Translations under genes and position numbers: made by a program | Origin: Chthoniobacterales bacterium | GTDB taxonomy: Bacteria > Verrucomicrobiota > Verrucomicrobiia > Chthoniobacterales > DASVRZ01 | Reading direction: 5' to 3' | NCBI GenBank assembly: GCA_039930045.1 | Contig: JBDSQB010000012.1 | Coordinates: forward strand, 114,570-178,569 | DNA length: 64,000 nt | Notes under the pieces: generated by a model | Told to the model about the DNA's origin: nothing | The model's database searches: none | Seen by the model: only the letters and a program-made list of their open reading frames with translations | In this document: piece by piece, positions 40,878 to 50,985 of the stretch | How the letters are laid out: each line of letters starts with the position of its first letter | Position numbering within the stretch: position 1 is the stretch's first letter

Positions 40878-42521
40878 TTATCTTTTAACGACGCACTCGT
40901 CGCAATTCGCCGGGAGTTGCTTGAAAAAATCGTTGCCCTTGTCATCGACCAGGATGAAGGCGGGGAAATCCTCGACTTCGATCTTCCAGATGGCTTCCAT
41001 GCCGAGCTCGGGATATTCCAAAACCTCGACGTGTTTGATATTATTCTGAGCAAGAATGGCCGCCGGTCCGCCGATGCTGCCGAGATAGAAGCCGCCGTGT
41101 TTTTTACACGCGTCCGTCACGGCCTGGCTGCGGTTGCCCTTGGCCAGCATGATGAGCGAGCCGCCGAGGCACTGGAAAAGATCGACATAGCTGTCCATGC
41201 GCCCAGCGGTGGTCGGCCCGAATGATCCGGATGGAAGTCCCGCCGGAGTTTTCGCCGGGCCGGCGTAGTAGATGGGATGGTTTTTCAGGTAATCGGGAAT
41301 TCCGAGACCGGCATCGATGCGCTCTTTGAGTTTGGCGTGGGCGATGTCGCGGCCGACGATGATCGTGCCATTGAGCGAGAGCCGCGTGGCGACGGGATGT
41401 TTCGTGAGTTCGGCTAGAATCTGCGCCATCGGCTGTGCCAGATCGATGCGAACGACCGGGCCTTCGGACGGAAGCTGATCCTGCGCGGGAATGAAGCGTC
41501 CGGGGTGATGCTCCAGTTTCTCGATCCAGACGCCGTCGCGGTTGATTTTTGCCTTAATGTTGCGATCTGCGGAACAGGAAACGCCCATGCCGACGGGACA
41601 CGACGCGCCGTGACGCGGCAGGCGAATAATCCGCAAGTCCAATGCAAAATATTTCCCGCCAAACTGCGCGCCGATGCCGAGATTCTGCGCGGCGGTGAGC
41701 ATGCGGGCTTCCAAGGCCACGTCTCGAAAGGCCTGGCCGAGATCGTTGCCAGAAGTGGGCAGATGATCGAGATATTTGGCAGAGGCGAGTTTGACTGTTT
41801 TCAGGCAGGCTTCGGCGCTCGTGCCGCCGATGACGAAGGCGATGTGATACGGCGGGCACGCAGCGGTGCCGAGGGATTTCATTTTCTCGATGAGAAATTT
41901 CTCGAGCGAAGCCGGGTTCAGCAGCGCCTTGGTTTCTTGAAAGAGAGCCGTTTTGTTGGCCGAGCCGCCGCCTTTTGCTACGAAGAGGAAACTGTATTCG
42001 CTGCCGCCCGTGGCGTAGAGATCGATCTGCGCGGGGAGATTGGTGCCGCTGTTTTTTTCGTTGAACATGTCGAGCGGCACGGTCTGCGAGTAGCGGAGGT
42101 TTTCGCTCGTGTAAGCCTCGTAAACGCCCCGGCTGATCGCTTCGCTGTCGTCGCCGCCAGTCCAGACGTGCTGGCCTTTTTTTCCAATGATCGTCGCCGT
42201 GCCGGTGTCCTGACAAAATGGCAAAATACCCCGCGCGGAGACCTCGGCATTACGCAAAAGAGTCAGCGCGACGTAGCGGTCATTCGGAGTTGCATCGGGA
42301 TCATCGAGAATGGCGGCGACTTGCTGCAAATGCTTCGTTCGCAAATAAAACGAACAATCGCGGATCGCCGCCCGCGCTAGAGTCGTCAGCACCGCTGGAT
42401 CGACCCGCAGGATTTCCTCATTTCCGAAGGACTCCACGGTCACGCCGTCGCGGGTCAACAAGGCGTATTCAGTAGTGTCGGCGCTGAGGGGAAAGGGCGC
42501 TTGGTAACGAAAGTCGGGCAT
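40878..42521 (-). CDS. fumA: Class I (Fe-S) fumarate hydratase
   Basis: The ATG at 42521 gives a 547-aa protein. The block [22 protein letters not shown]...[30 protein letters not shown] closely resembles E. coli FumA/FumB. Confidence 0.9.
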   Translation of the reverse strand: MPDFRYQAPFPLSADTTEYALLTRDGVTVESFGNEEILRVDPAVLTTLARAAIRDCSFYLRTKHLQQVAAILDDPDATPNDRYVALTLLRNAEVSARGILPFCQDTGTATIIGKKGQHVWTGGDDSEAISRGVYEAYTSENLRYSQTVPLDMFNEKNSGTNLPAQIDLYATGGSEYSFLFVAKGGGSANKTALFQETKALLNPASLEKFLIEKMKSLGTAACPPYHIAFVIGGTSAEACLKTVKLASAKYLDHLPTSGNDLGQAFRDVALEARMLTAAQNLGIGAQFGGKYFALDLRIIRLPRHGASCPVGMGVSCSADRNIKAKINRDGVWIEKLEHHPGRFIPAQDQLPSEGPVVRIDLAQPMAQILAELTKHPVATRLSLNGTIIVGRDIAHAKLKERIDAGLGIPDYLKNHPIYYAGPAKTPAGLPSGSFGPTTAGRMDSYVDLFQCLGGSLIMLAKGNRSQAVTDACKKHGGFYLGSIGGPAAILAQNNIKHVEVLEYPELGMEAIWKIEVEDFPAFILVDDKGNDFFKQLPANCDECVVKR

Positions 42522-42638
42522 AGTGGAGTGTATTCTGTCGCAACTGCGGCGGACGACAACCGGAAGTTGATACGAATGCAACTCGTCTGCTGGCTTGCCA
42601 GAACGCGGGCAGTCATGTTCATTCTCAGTTTCCCAGAC

Positions 42639-44384
42639 ATGAAATTTCTCCCATTCGCCTTTCTCGCTGTCTCCCTCAGCATCCCTCTTCACGCGCAGAC
42701 TCCCCCTGCGGCGCCAGCTAACGTGATTACAAATGGAGGGTTCGAGCGCTTCTCGGGTCAGGACAATCTCTGGGATGGCGTGGATAGCACCGGTTATCTG
42801 GGAACTTTTCGCGACAGCGTCGATGCGATTGCGGAGAGCGGTTTCCGTTCAATGGCGATGCCCGTCTCGGTGAGTGCGGGCGACATGAACGGCGATGGCC
42901 TGATCGATATCGTTACGGCGTCGACGCCTGGTTACTATCAAGTTTATTTTAACAGCGGCTCAAAGACCTCTCCGACTTTCACAAATTCGGAGATGATTCC
43001 GATCTATTTAACGCTGCCAGAATCCAAAGTGCGCCGGGCACCACACATCAATCTCAACGACTGGAGCGGGCGCGGCCAGCTCGACCTGATGATGGGCGAT
43101 TACGACGGAGAACTTTATTTTCTCCAGAATATCGGAACACGGTCGGTGCCGGATTTTCGCCACCCAGCGGATCTTTCGAAAATCAAGGTGCCCACGACGA
43201 AAAGCGGCCAGCTGTGGGGCAACCTATTCTCGCCGGCTGCATTCGACTTTAATAAAGATGGGAAACCGGACATCGCGCTCGGCGAGGGCAGTTATTCGGC
43301 CAACTCCATCCATCTCCTGATCAATCAAGGCTCGGGCAGCGTCCCGAAATTCGATGAGGCGAATCGTTTCTATCTGGCCTACGGCGATGGCCGCGAGCAT
43401 CTCACGCCCGCCGTGGTGGATTACAATGGGGACGGCGAAATGGATATCATTTCCTCAGATCGCGAGGGCAAGGTCGGCATCTATCTCAACCCTGGTCCGC
43501 TCTGGAAACCCGGCGGCGAGTTTAAATTTGCCAGTTTCATCAAATTCGGCGCATCCGAAATTCTGGGCGGCTTGGTCACCGTTTGCACTGCGGATATGAA
43601 TGGCGACGGGCTGTTCGATATTTTGATCGGCAAATCCAACGGACGCATTGCGCTGGCCATGAATGTCGGCACGAAAACGGAGCCGAAGTTCAGCGTCCCG
43701 GTCGAAATCAAAGGCACTGATATCTGGGGCCGCAACATCCATCCGCCGAGCGGCTGGCAATCCGACGTGGGGTTTTGGAGAGGAAACTTTTATGCGGCGG
43801 CGAGCTGCTTCTCTGAGGCAGACGAACCCAAGATTGAGCCGCCAGAGGGGAAGTCCTGCCTAAAGATTAGTTATTTCCCCTCTCCGAATAAAGTTCTCAA
43901 AGTCCCCGCGTTGATTACTCCGGGAAATCCGACTTTTCAGGATCTCTTCATCGCGCATTTCAACAACGAATTCGACAAACTGCCCGGCAATGTCTTTCTG
44001 TTGCGCAAAGATCTGCCCAACTTAAAAGTCGGCACAGCTTACACGCTTTCCTTCAAGAGTAAGGGCGTGAGCGCGTCCGCAGTGAAATGGAGTGTCGGCT
44101 GGCGCGGCTACAAAAAACTGGCCGAGGAAAAGGTTGAGGCGGGCGAGCGAGGCAGCGCCAACGTCAAAAAATTTGAGGCTATTGAGGACAAGGACACTGG
44201 TGCCGCCGTGAATGTCGGCTCCGCTTGGACGGCCAGCACTAAGACGTTTACCATCGAGAAATTTGCCAACAAGGATCTGGCTGACCTCACGACTGCATCG
44301 GCCCTAATTGAGTTCCGCGGCACTCTGACTCCAAACGTGGGTGCTTTCTACCTCGACGACGTCCAACTCGTGGAGAAAAAATGA
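42639..44384 (+). CDS. Secreted FG-GAP/VCBS repeat protein with a C-terminal carbohydrate-binding-like domain
   Basis: The ATG at 42639 gives a signal peptide ([19 protein letters not shown]). Repeated Ca-binding FG-GAP motifs are present ([49 protein letters not shown]). Confidence 0.8.
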   Translation: MKFLPFAFLAVSLSIPLHAQTPPAAPANVITNGGFERFSGQDNLWDGVDSTGYLGTFRDSVDAIAESGFRSMAMPVSVSAGDMNGDGLIDIVTASTPGYYQVYFNSGSKTSPTFTNSEMIPIYLTLPESKVRRAPHINLNDWSGRGQLDLMMGDYDGELYFLQNIGTRSVPDFRHPADLSKIKVPTTKSGQLWGNLFSPAAFDFNKDGKPDIALGEGSYSANSIHLLINQGSGSVPKFDEANRFYLAYGDGREHLTPAVVDYNGDGEMDIISSDREGKVGIYLNPGPLWKPGGEFKFASFIKFGASEILGGLVTVCTADMNGDGLFDILIGKSNGRIALAMNVGTKTEPKFSVPVEIKGTDIWGRNIHPPSGWQSDVGFWRGNFYAAASCFSEADEPKIEPPEGKSCLKISYFPSPNKVLKVPALITPGNPTFQDLFIAHFNNEFDKLPGNVFLLRKDLPNLKVGTAYTLSFKSKGVSASAVKWSVGWRGYKKLAEEKVEAGERGSANVKKFEAIEDKDTGAAVNVGSAWTASTKTFTIEKFANKDLADLTTASALIEFRGTLTPNVGAFYLDDVQLVEKK

Positions 44385-44391
44385 TACGCTG

Positions 44392-44428
44392 ATTGCCATC
44401 GAAGTCGCACCACGACTTCAATGGCAAT
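44392..44428. terminator. Hairpin between the convergent FG-GAP and ssb genes (putative bidirectional terminator)
   Basis: The 16-nt arms ATTGCCATCGAAGTCG (44392-44407) and CGACTTCAATGGCAAT (44413-44428) pair with one mismatch around a 5-nt loop. There is no strong U-tract. Confidence 0.5.
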
Positions 44429-44467
44429 GAAAGTCAGCTCTCTACGAACTGACGAAGGCCTCCGTCC

Positions 44468-44959
44468 TTAAAACGGGATATCGTCGTCCGCCGGGTCCAG
44501 ATCAGGATCGGTCGGACGCGGGCGCGCGGGAGGCGGAGCCGATGGGCGAGGGCTGCTGCTGCGTGGCGAACCACCACGTGGGCCATCGGAATACTCCTCG
44601 CCACCGCCACCTTCGCTGCCACCTTGGCGGCTGCCAAGGAATTGAAAATTCTCGCCTTGGACCCGCAGTTTGCTGCGTTTCTGGCCCGTCTGCTTGTCGT
44701 CCCAAGTGTCGAGTTGCAGTCGACCCTCGATGTAGAGCGGTTTTCCCTTGGTGCAATACTGCTTGATGACTTCCGCCTGTTTTCCCCAGAAGGTAACGTC
44801 CACAAAGGTCGTTTCCTCCCGTTTTTCCCCAGAGTCGGTGGTGTAAGATCGATTGATGGCCAGCCCCAATTCTGCAATCGCATTGCCTTTCGGCGTGTAT
44901 TTAACCTCGGGATCTCGCGTGAGATTTCCGATGAGCATGACCTTGTTCAGATTAGCCAT
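44468..44959 (-). CDS. ssb: Single-stranded DNA-binding protein
   Basis: 163 aa with an OB fold (MANLNKVMLIGNLTRDPEVKYTPKG), a Gly/Pro-rich linker and the acidic tip DDDIPF. Confidence 0.95.
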   Translation of the reverse strand: MANLNKVMLIGNLTRDPEVKYTPKGNAIAELGLAINRSYTTDSGEKREETTFVDVTFWGKQAEVIKQYCTKGKPLYIEGRLQLDTWDDKQTGQKRSKLRVQGENFQFLGSRQGGSEGGGGEEYSDGPRGGSPRSSSPRPSAPPPARPRPTDPDLDPADDDIPF

Positions 44960-44976
44960 TGGAGAACGATCTGTAC

Positions 44977-45318
44977 TTATTCAGCGGCGGGAACGCGGCG
45001 CGGCGTGCGCACCGGAGCGACCACCGGCTTGAGCGGAAGCTTTTGGTAATGCTGACGATAAACGTCGGCATCGAGCTTGAACTTGGCGCGCAGTTTGCCA
45101 GGCAAAGTCGGCTCTCCAGCGAAAATGAAATTCACGAAATAACCCGAGTCGAGATCGCCCGCAGCGTAACTGAATTGCTTGCGCTCCATGCGCTGCACTT
45201 GCTCGATCGTGCCGCCTTCGCGTTTGATCTCGCCCTCGAGGCGCTCAATGGTTTCTTTGACGGTGTCGTCCTTGCCTTTGGTGTTGAGGACGAGGAGTCC
45301 TTCGTAACGGTTTTTCAT
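44977..45318 (-). CDS. rpsF: 30S ribosomal protein S6
   Basis: 113 aa starting MKNRYEGLLVLNTKG..., located directly upstream of ssb as in many bacteria. Confidence 0.9.
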   Translation of the reverse strand: MKNRYEGLLVLNTKGKDDTVKETIERLEGEIKREGGTIEQVQRMERKQFSYAAGDLDSGYFVNFIFAGEPTLPGKLRAKFKLDADVYRQHYQKLPLKPVVAPVRTPRRVPAAE

Positions 45319-45321
45319 AAA

Positions 45322-45900
45322 TTAGGGTGTCTGGTTGTAAAGGTTCATAGCCGTTTCCAGGCCGGAAGAGCACGCAGTCTCCACTGCTTCGGCAGCGCGG
45401 TCAAGCACTGGCTCGATTTTCTCACGGTCAGACGTGGAAAACGGAGATAAAACATGGTCCGCAAGGTCGCGCTCGTCTGATTTCGCCCCGACTCCGATGC
45501 GCAGGCGGGGAAATGCGTCGGTCTGAAAATGCGCGATGAGCGATTTCAAGCCATTGTGGCCGCCTGCGGAGCCGGATTGGCGCAGGCGCAGCCGGCCGAC
45601 TTCCAATGCAATGTCATCGACCACGGCCAGACATTGCGCGGGTTCCAATTTGTAAAAACGCGCGACCTGCCCGGCGGATTGACCGCTCAAATTCATGTAA
45701 GTCAGCGGCTTGAGAAAGATCAAACCCGACTCAGTCGCGACTTCGGCTTGAAACTGCCGGTTCGCCTGCCAGCGAAGATTTTTCCCCGCCAGCAATCGAT
45801 CCAAGACCTCGAACCCGACATTGTGGCGGGTTCCAGCGTATTGGCGGCCCGGATTTCCCAGGCCGATGATGAGGCGGATTGGAGACGAGGCTTCGGGCAT
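45322..45900 (-). CDS. pth: Peptidyl-tRNA hydrolase
   Basis: 192 aa with LIIGLGNPGRQYAGTRHNVGF and the GHNGLKS motif. Confidence 0.92.
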   Translation of the reverse strand: MPEASSPIRLIIGLGNPGRQYAGTRHNVGFEVLDRLLAGKNLRWQANRQFQAEVATESGLIFLKPLTYMNLSGQSAGQVARFYKLEPAQCLAVVDDIALEVGRLRLRQSGSAGGHNGLKSLIAHFQTDAFPRLRIGVGAKSDERDLADHVLSPFSTSDREKIEPVLDRAAEAVETACSSGLETAMNLYNQTP

Positions 45901-45940
45901 AAAAAAAATCGCTGTCAGCGGTGAGACTGACAGCGATTTT
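45901..45940 (-). terminator. Rho-independent terminator between rplY(ctc) and pth
   Basis: Perfect 11-bp stem ATCGCTGTCAG (45908-45918) / CTGACAGCGAT (45927-45937). On the minus strand it is followed by T8 (the A-run 45901-45908), which abuts the pth ATG. Confidence 0.7.
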
Positions 45941-45965
45941 GAAAGGAGTTTGAGCGAACTGTAAA

Positions 45966-46640
45966 TTACTTCTTCGCAGGAGCGGCGGCAGCAGCAGGCG
46001 CGTCAGCCGGTTTTTTCTCCTTGAGCACTTCCGGCGCAGCGGCTGCGGCGGCGACAGGTTCCTCAGCGACCAAAGCCTCGGCCACGGCAAAGACAGTCAA
46101 ATCGCCGTCGAGCGTGGTGACGACACCCGCTGGAAGAACGATGTCGCGGACGTGAATCGAGTCGCCGACATTCAAAGCGGAAACGTCCACCTGAATGGAT
46201 TCGGGCAGATCTTTCGGCAAACATTCGAGTTCGATTTCGTGCAGGTTTTGCGAGAGCAAACCACCGAAATTCTTCACGCCATTGGACTCGCCGACAGGCT
46301 CCACAGGAACGCTCGCGGTGAGGGTCTCGGTCGCGGAAACAGCCTGGAAATCCACGTGCAAAACGTGGCGGCCAACTGGGTGATGCTGAATCTCATGGAT
46401 CAGCGCGAGGCGGCTGACTTTGTTTGGGCCGTCGCTGATTTCGAGATCGACGAGAATGTTTTCGCTGGAGGCGTGGGCCATCAGGGCATTCAGGTCGCGA
46501 GTGGCGATCTGGAGGTTTTGCGGGGCGTTTTTATCACCGTAAATGACGGCGGGAACGAATCCGGCGGCCTTGACTTTTTTAACGGCATTGCGACCGGAAA
46601 CGGTGCGGTTTTGGGCGGCGAGTTTGAGTTGTTGGGACAT
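45966..46640 (-). CDS. rplY: 50S ribosomal protein L25 / general stress protein Ctc
   Basis: 224 aa starting MSQQLKLAAQNRTVSGRNAVKKVKAAGFVPAVIYG, with an Ala/Pro/Lys-rich C-terminal tail. Confidence 0.9.
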   Translation of the reverse strand: MSQQLKLAAQNRTVSGRNAVKKVKAAGFVPAVIYGDKNAPQNLQIATRDLNALMAHASSENILVDLEISDGPNKVSRLALIHEIQHHPVGRHVLHVDFQAVSATETLTASVPVEPVGESNGVKNFGGLLSQNLHEIELECLPKDLPESIQVDVSALNVGDSIHVRDIVLPAGVVTTLDGDLTVFAVAEALVAEEPVAAAAAAPEVLKEKKPADAPAAAAAPAKK

Positions 46641-46658
46641 GACTTTATGGGTTGTGAG

Positions 46659-47612
46659 TTAAATGGCGTGAATGCGGAAAAGCGAGCTGACGGATTCGTC
46701 GTCGTGAATGCGTTTGATGCCTTCGCCGAGGAGTTCGGCGATGCAGACGACGGAGATTTTCACTTCATCGGTCAGCTTTACCGGAACGCTGTTCGTCGTG
46801 AATAATTCCTCAATCTCGGAGTTTTTCAACCGCTGATATGCCATCTCATTAAGGACGGCGTGGGAGACGGCGGCGTAAATCCGGCGCGCACCGTTCTTCT
46901 TCAGGAGCTTCGCGGCGCTGGTCAGCGTGCCGGCGGTCTCGGTTAAATCATCGATCAAAAGCACGTCGCGTCCGTCCACTTCGCCGATGACGTAAAGGGC
47001 GTCGATCTCCGTCGCGCTCTTGCGGCGTTTCGCGACAATGGCGAGGCCGGTGTTCAAGGCTTGCGAGTAGGCAGAGGCCATTTTGATGCCGCCCACGTCT
47101 GGGGAAACGACCACACAATCCTTCGGAAGTCGCTCCTGCAAAGTCTTGATCATAGCGGGCGACGCATACAAGTGGTCCACCGGAATATCGAAAAAACCCT
47201 GCACTTGCTGCGCGTGGAGATCCATCGTCAGCACGCGGTTGACTCCGGCAGCGACGAGCAGATTCGCCACGAGTTTGGCCGTAATCGGCACGCGCGGCTG
47301 ATCCTTGCGATCCTGCCGCGCATAGCCAAAAAATGGAATCACCGCTGTGATCCGGTCCGCACTCGCCCGGCGCGCCGCATCGACCATGATGAGGAGTTCC
47401 ATCAAATTTTGGTTCGTCGGCGGGCAGGTCGGCTGAACGATGAAAATGTCGCGTCCGCGAATGTTCTCGTTGAACTTCACAAACGTCTCGCCGTCGGGAA
47501 AACTGCTCACCGTCGCGTCGCCCAGCGGCACGCCCACGGCAGCGGCGATCCGCTCGGCCAATTCACGATGGGCTGAGCCGGTAAAAATTTTGAGTTCGCG
47601 CGAGGCAGACAT
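46659..47612 (-). CDS. prs: Ribose-phosphate pyrophosphokinase
   Basis: The ATG at 47612 gives MSASRELKIFTGSAHRELAERIA... The PRPP-binding loop VLLIDDLTETAGTL and the block YARQDRK are present. Confidence 0.92.
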   Translation of the reverse strand: MSASRELKIFTGSAHRELAERIAAAVGVPLGDATVSSFPDGETFVKFNENIRGRDIFIVQPTCPPTNQNLMELLIMVDAARRASADRITAVIPFFGYARQDRKDQPRVPITAKLVANLLVAAGVNRVLTMDLHAQQVQGFFDIPVDHLYASPAMIKTLQERLPKDCVVVSPDVGGIKMASAYSQALNTGLAIVAKRRKSATEIDALYVIGEVDGRDVLLIDDLTETAGTLTSAAKLLKKNGARRIYAAVSHAVLNEMAYQRLKNSEIEELFTTNSVPVKLTDEVKISVVCIAELLGEGIKRIHDDESVSSLFRIHAI

Positions 47613-47667
47613 GGTTTGGCGGGACGCGAATACTAGGTGGCTTTTGTGGAAAAGCAACCACTCTGTT

Positions 47668-48789
47668 TCAGTCCTGCGCCCAATCGCGGATCAACGAGAT
47701 CACGCGCCGGACCGCCGCCTCGCTGAGTTGGGGATGCAGCGGCAGGCTGAGAACCTCCGCCGCGGCCCGCTCGGTCTCGGGCAGACCACCCGCCGCCAGC
47801 GCGATGCGACCGGCATACGCGGGCTGCAAATGAACCGGCACCGGATATAAGACCGCCGTGGGAATGCCGTGCTCCTCCAGATATTGACCTAACTCGGTTC
47901 GGCGCTCGGCTCGCACCACGTATTGATGAAAGACCGGTTCGGCCTCCGCTGCGACCGAGGGCAGTTGCAGTCGAGTTCCATTTAACTCAGCCATGTAAAT
48001 CTCCGCCAGCCGGCAACGCCGGGCATTTCCTGCGTCCAATCGCGCCGCCTTCACCCGCAGGATTGCCGCCTGCAACTCATCGAGTCGGCTGTTTCCGCCG
48101 GCATTTTCGCTGATGTAACGCCGCTCCCAGCCATATTGCCGGAGACTGCGCAGGCGTTGCGCGACGTCCGGGGAATTCGTCGCCACGGCCCCGCCGTCGC
48201 CGATCGCGCCGAGATTTTTCGTTGGGTAAAAACTAAACGTCGCCACATCGCCCCACGTCCCGACCTTGCGGCCCTGCCACTTCGCGCCGTGCGCTTGCGA
48301 GCAATCCTCGATCAACTTTAACTCGTGAGCCCGCGCCAGTTTCTCCAGCGCCGCCATGTCGCACGGATGCCCGTAAAGATGCACCGGGAGCAGCGCTTTT
48401 ACCCGGCGATCCGTGCGCAGGACCGACTCGACTTGCATCGCATTCATCGTGAACGTCCCCGGCTCGATATCGACCAGCAGCGGGATCGCCCCGACCCATT
48501 CGATGGCCGCCACCGTGGCCACGGCGGTGTGGGAAACCGTGATCACCACGTCGCCCGGACCGATCCCGCACGCCTTCAACGCCAGCACCAGCGCATCCGT
48601 GCCGCTGGCCACGCCCACCGTTTCCCGGACACCGAGCCAGGCCGAAAATTCCCCCTCAAACGCCGTCACCTCCGGGCCGAGAATGTAGCGTCCGCTCATC
48701 AAGACGCGCTCGATGGCGGCGTCGATGGCAGGTTTGTCCGCCAGATATTCGGCCAGCGGCTGCGGTGGAAATAACGAATCCGTCGTCAC
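47668..48789 (-). CDS. DegT/DnrJ/EryC1/StrS family sugar aminotransferase
   Basis: 373 aa with a GTG start and typical blocks (GPEVTAFEGEFSAWLG, FSFYPTKNLGA with the PLP lysine). Its GTG start overlaps the upstream epimerase stop (GTGA). Confidence 0.85.
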   Translation of the reverse strand: MTTDSLFPPQPLAEYLADKPAIDAAIERVLMSGRYILGPEVTAFEGEFSAWLGVRETVGVASGTDALVLALKACGIGPGDVVITVSHTAVATVAAIEWVGAIPLLVDIEPGTFTMNAMQVESVLRTDRRVKALLPVHLYGHPCDMAALEKLARAHELKLIEDCSQAHGAKWQGRKVGTWGDVATFSFYPTKNLGAIGDGGAVATNSPDVAQRLRSLRQYGWERRYISENAGGNSRLDELQAAILRVKAARLDAGNARRCRLAEIYMAELNGTRLQLPSVAAEAEPVFHQYVVRAERRTELGQYLEEHGIPTAVLYPVPVHLQPAYAGRIALAAGGLPETERAAAEVLSLPLHPQLSEAAVRRVISLIRDWAQD

Positions 48790-49868
48790 AGATAATGCCC
48801 CAGGTTTTCCTCATAATACGCCAGCGTCCGCACCAGCGTTTCTCGCAGGAAAATGCGCGGCTCCCAGCCGAGTTCCATTTTTATGCGACTGAAATCCGCG
48901 TGATAATCCCCGATGTCGATCCGCCGCCGTTCTTCGGGAAATGGGCGCACGGTCCGACTGCCACTGCCATGGACGTCGATCAGAAGTTCGGCCAGTTCCC
49001 CGAGCCGAATCGTGCATGGACCGCCTAGATTATAGACCTGCCCGACCGCCTCTGGCTGTGCCGCCAGCAACATCGCATCGACCGCATCCTCCACATCGGT
49101 AAAGTCCCGCACCTGGCCGCCATTCCAGACATCGATCGGCTGGCCTTCCAGCAATTGCCGCATCCAGACCCCGAGAAACGTCTGCCGCGCATCCCGGATT
49201 CTCATGCCGGGTCCGATCGTATTTGTCAGGCGTAACACCGTGCAGGGCAGCCCGTGGACCTCGTTGTAGAGCAGGTGATAATTCTCCGCCGCCATCTTGT
49301 GAATGCCATTGATGTCTACCGGCTGCAGCGGGTGTTTTTCATCCACCGGCAGATAGTGCGGACGCCCATAAATCTGCCGCGTGCTGGCAAAAACCACTCG
49401 CGCCCGACTGCCCGACTTTCGGCAGGCCTCCAGCAGCGCGAGTTGCGCGGCGCAATTGTAAGCCAGGTCCGCCGCCGGATTCTCCATGGAATCGAGGTGG
49501 CTCGTCTGCCCGGCCAGATTGAAAATGAAATCCTGCCCTGCCACGAGCGGAGTCAGGTTCGTATCACGCAGATCCACCTCGTGAATGCGGACGCGGTCGC
49601 GGTAATCGGCCACATTCCGCCAGTGGCCGCCCTGCTCGGGGACGAGACAATCGAGCAGTTCCACCCGCGCTCCCGCCGCCGCGAGACGACGTCCCAAGTT
49701 CGACCCGATGAACCCCAGCCCGCCGGTGATCAGGATCGCTCGATCTCGGAAAAAGCCGTCCGCAAGGGACGCTGGCTGGGGGATTTCGGACACCGGCACA
49801 TAGAAACGACGCGCCGGAATCTTGTCCATCCTTTCGCGCAAACTTTTCGCGTCCAGAGTTCGATGCAA
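48786..49868 (-). CDS. NAD-dependent nucleotide-sugar epimerase/dehydratase
   Basis: Rossmann motif ILITGGLGFIGSNL and a YxxxK-type catalytic region. The start is uncertain: TTG at 49868 or ATG at 49829. Confidence 0.8.
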   Translation of the reverse strand: MHRTLDAKSLRERMDKIPARRFYVPVSEIPQPASLADGFFRDRAILITGGLGFIGSNLGRRLAAAGARVELLDCLVPEQGGHWRNVADYRDRVRIHEVDLRDTNLTPLVAGQDFIFNLAGQTSHLDSMENPAADLAYNCAAQLALLEACRKSGSRARVVFASTRQIYGRPHYLPVDEKHPLQPVDINGIHKMAAENYHLLYNEVHGLPCTVLRLTNTIGPGMRIRDARQTFLGVWMRQLLEGQPIDVWNGGQVRDFTDVEDAVDAMLLAAQPEAVGQVYNLGGPCTIRLGELAELLIDVHGSGSRTVRPFPEERRRIDIGDYHADFSRIKMELGWEPRIFLRETLVRTLAYYEENLGHYL

Positions 49869-49883
49869 CTCGAATCATTTTCC

Positions 49884-50936
49884 ATGAGAAAAACTTTTGC
49901 CTTCGCTGGTCTCGACGCCACCTCGCCGCTCGTCCCCTATTCCTTTGACCGTCGCGATCCGCTGCCGACCGATGTCCAGATCGACATCCTGTTTTGCGGC
50001 GTCTGCCATTCCGATCTGCACACCGTGCGCGGCGAATGGGGCGGGACGATGTACCCCTGCGTGCCGGGTCACGAAATCGTCGGGCGCGTCTCCGCCATTG
50101 GCAGCGAAGTCAGCAAATTTGCTGTCGGCGACATCGCGGCGGTCGGCTGCATGGTGGACTCCTGCGGCAGTTGCGCCAACTGCCAGCGCGATCTCGAGCA
50201 ATTCTGTGAAAAAGGGGCCACGTTTACCTACAACGCCCCGGATAAACACACCCAAGGCGTGACCTACGGCGGCTATTCCAACGCCATAGTGGTCGATGAG
50301 GCGTTCACCCTGAAAGTGCCCGCCAGTCTCGATCTCGCGGCCACCGCTCCGCTGCTTTGCGCGGGCATCACGACGTATTCGCCGCTGCGCCGCTGGAAAG
50401 TCGGGCCGGGGCAGAAAGTGGGCATCGTCGGCCTCGGCGGGCTTGGTCACATGGCGGTGAAATTCGCCGCTGCCTTTGACGCGCACGTCGTTCTTTTCAC
50501 CACCTCGCCGGGCAAAACCGAGGACGCGCTGCGGCTCGGCGCGCACGAAGTCGTCGTCTCCAAGAACGCCTCCGAAATGCGCAAGCACACGGGCAGCTTC
50601 GACTTCATTCTCGACGCCGTCTCCGCGCCGCACGACCTCAATACCTATCTCTCCCTCCTGAAACTCGACGGCACGATGGTCATGGTCGGAGTGCCCGCCG
50701 AGCCGCTGCCGGTGAATGTTTTCAGCCTCATCATGCCCCGAAAACAACTGGCCGGCTCCCTGATTGGCGGCATCGCCGAGACTCAGGAAATGCTGGATTT
50801 CTGTGGCGAGCACAACATTACCTGCGACATCGAAATGATCCGCATGGACGAGATCAACACCGCCTACGAGCGCCTCCTGAAGAGCGATGTGAAATACCGC
50901 TTCGTAATCGACATGGCGACCCTCAAGGAGGCGTAA
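49884..50936 (+). CDS. Zinc-type NAD(P)-dependent alcohol dehydrogenase (YahK/cinnamyl-ADH-like)
   Basis: The ATG at 49884 gives a 350-aa protein with the GVCHSDLH zinc motif, the structural-Zn Cys cluster CGSCANCQRDLEQFC and GLGGLGH. Confidence 0.87.
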   Translation: MRKTFAFAGLDATSPLVPYSFDRRDPLPTDVQIDILFCGVCHSDLHTVRGEWGGTMYPCVPGHEIVGRVSAIGSEVSKFAVGDIAAVGCMVDSCGSCANCQRDLEQFCEKGATFTYNAPDKHTQGVTYGGYSNAIVVDEAFTLKVPASLDLAATAPLLCAGITTYSPLRRWKVGPGQKVGIVGLGGLGHMAVKFAAAFDAHVVLFTTSPGKTEDALRLGAHEVVVSKNASEMRKHTGSFDFILDAVSAPHDLNTYLSLLKLDGTMVMVGVPAEPLPVNVFSLIMPRKQLAGSLIGGIAETQEMLDFCGEHNITCDIEMIRMDEINTAYERLLKSDVKYRFVIDMATLKEA

Positions 50937-50985
50937 CGTTCTTTCTGCTCGACCCCACCGGGCAGCCGATTCTTAACTGCCCACC

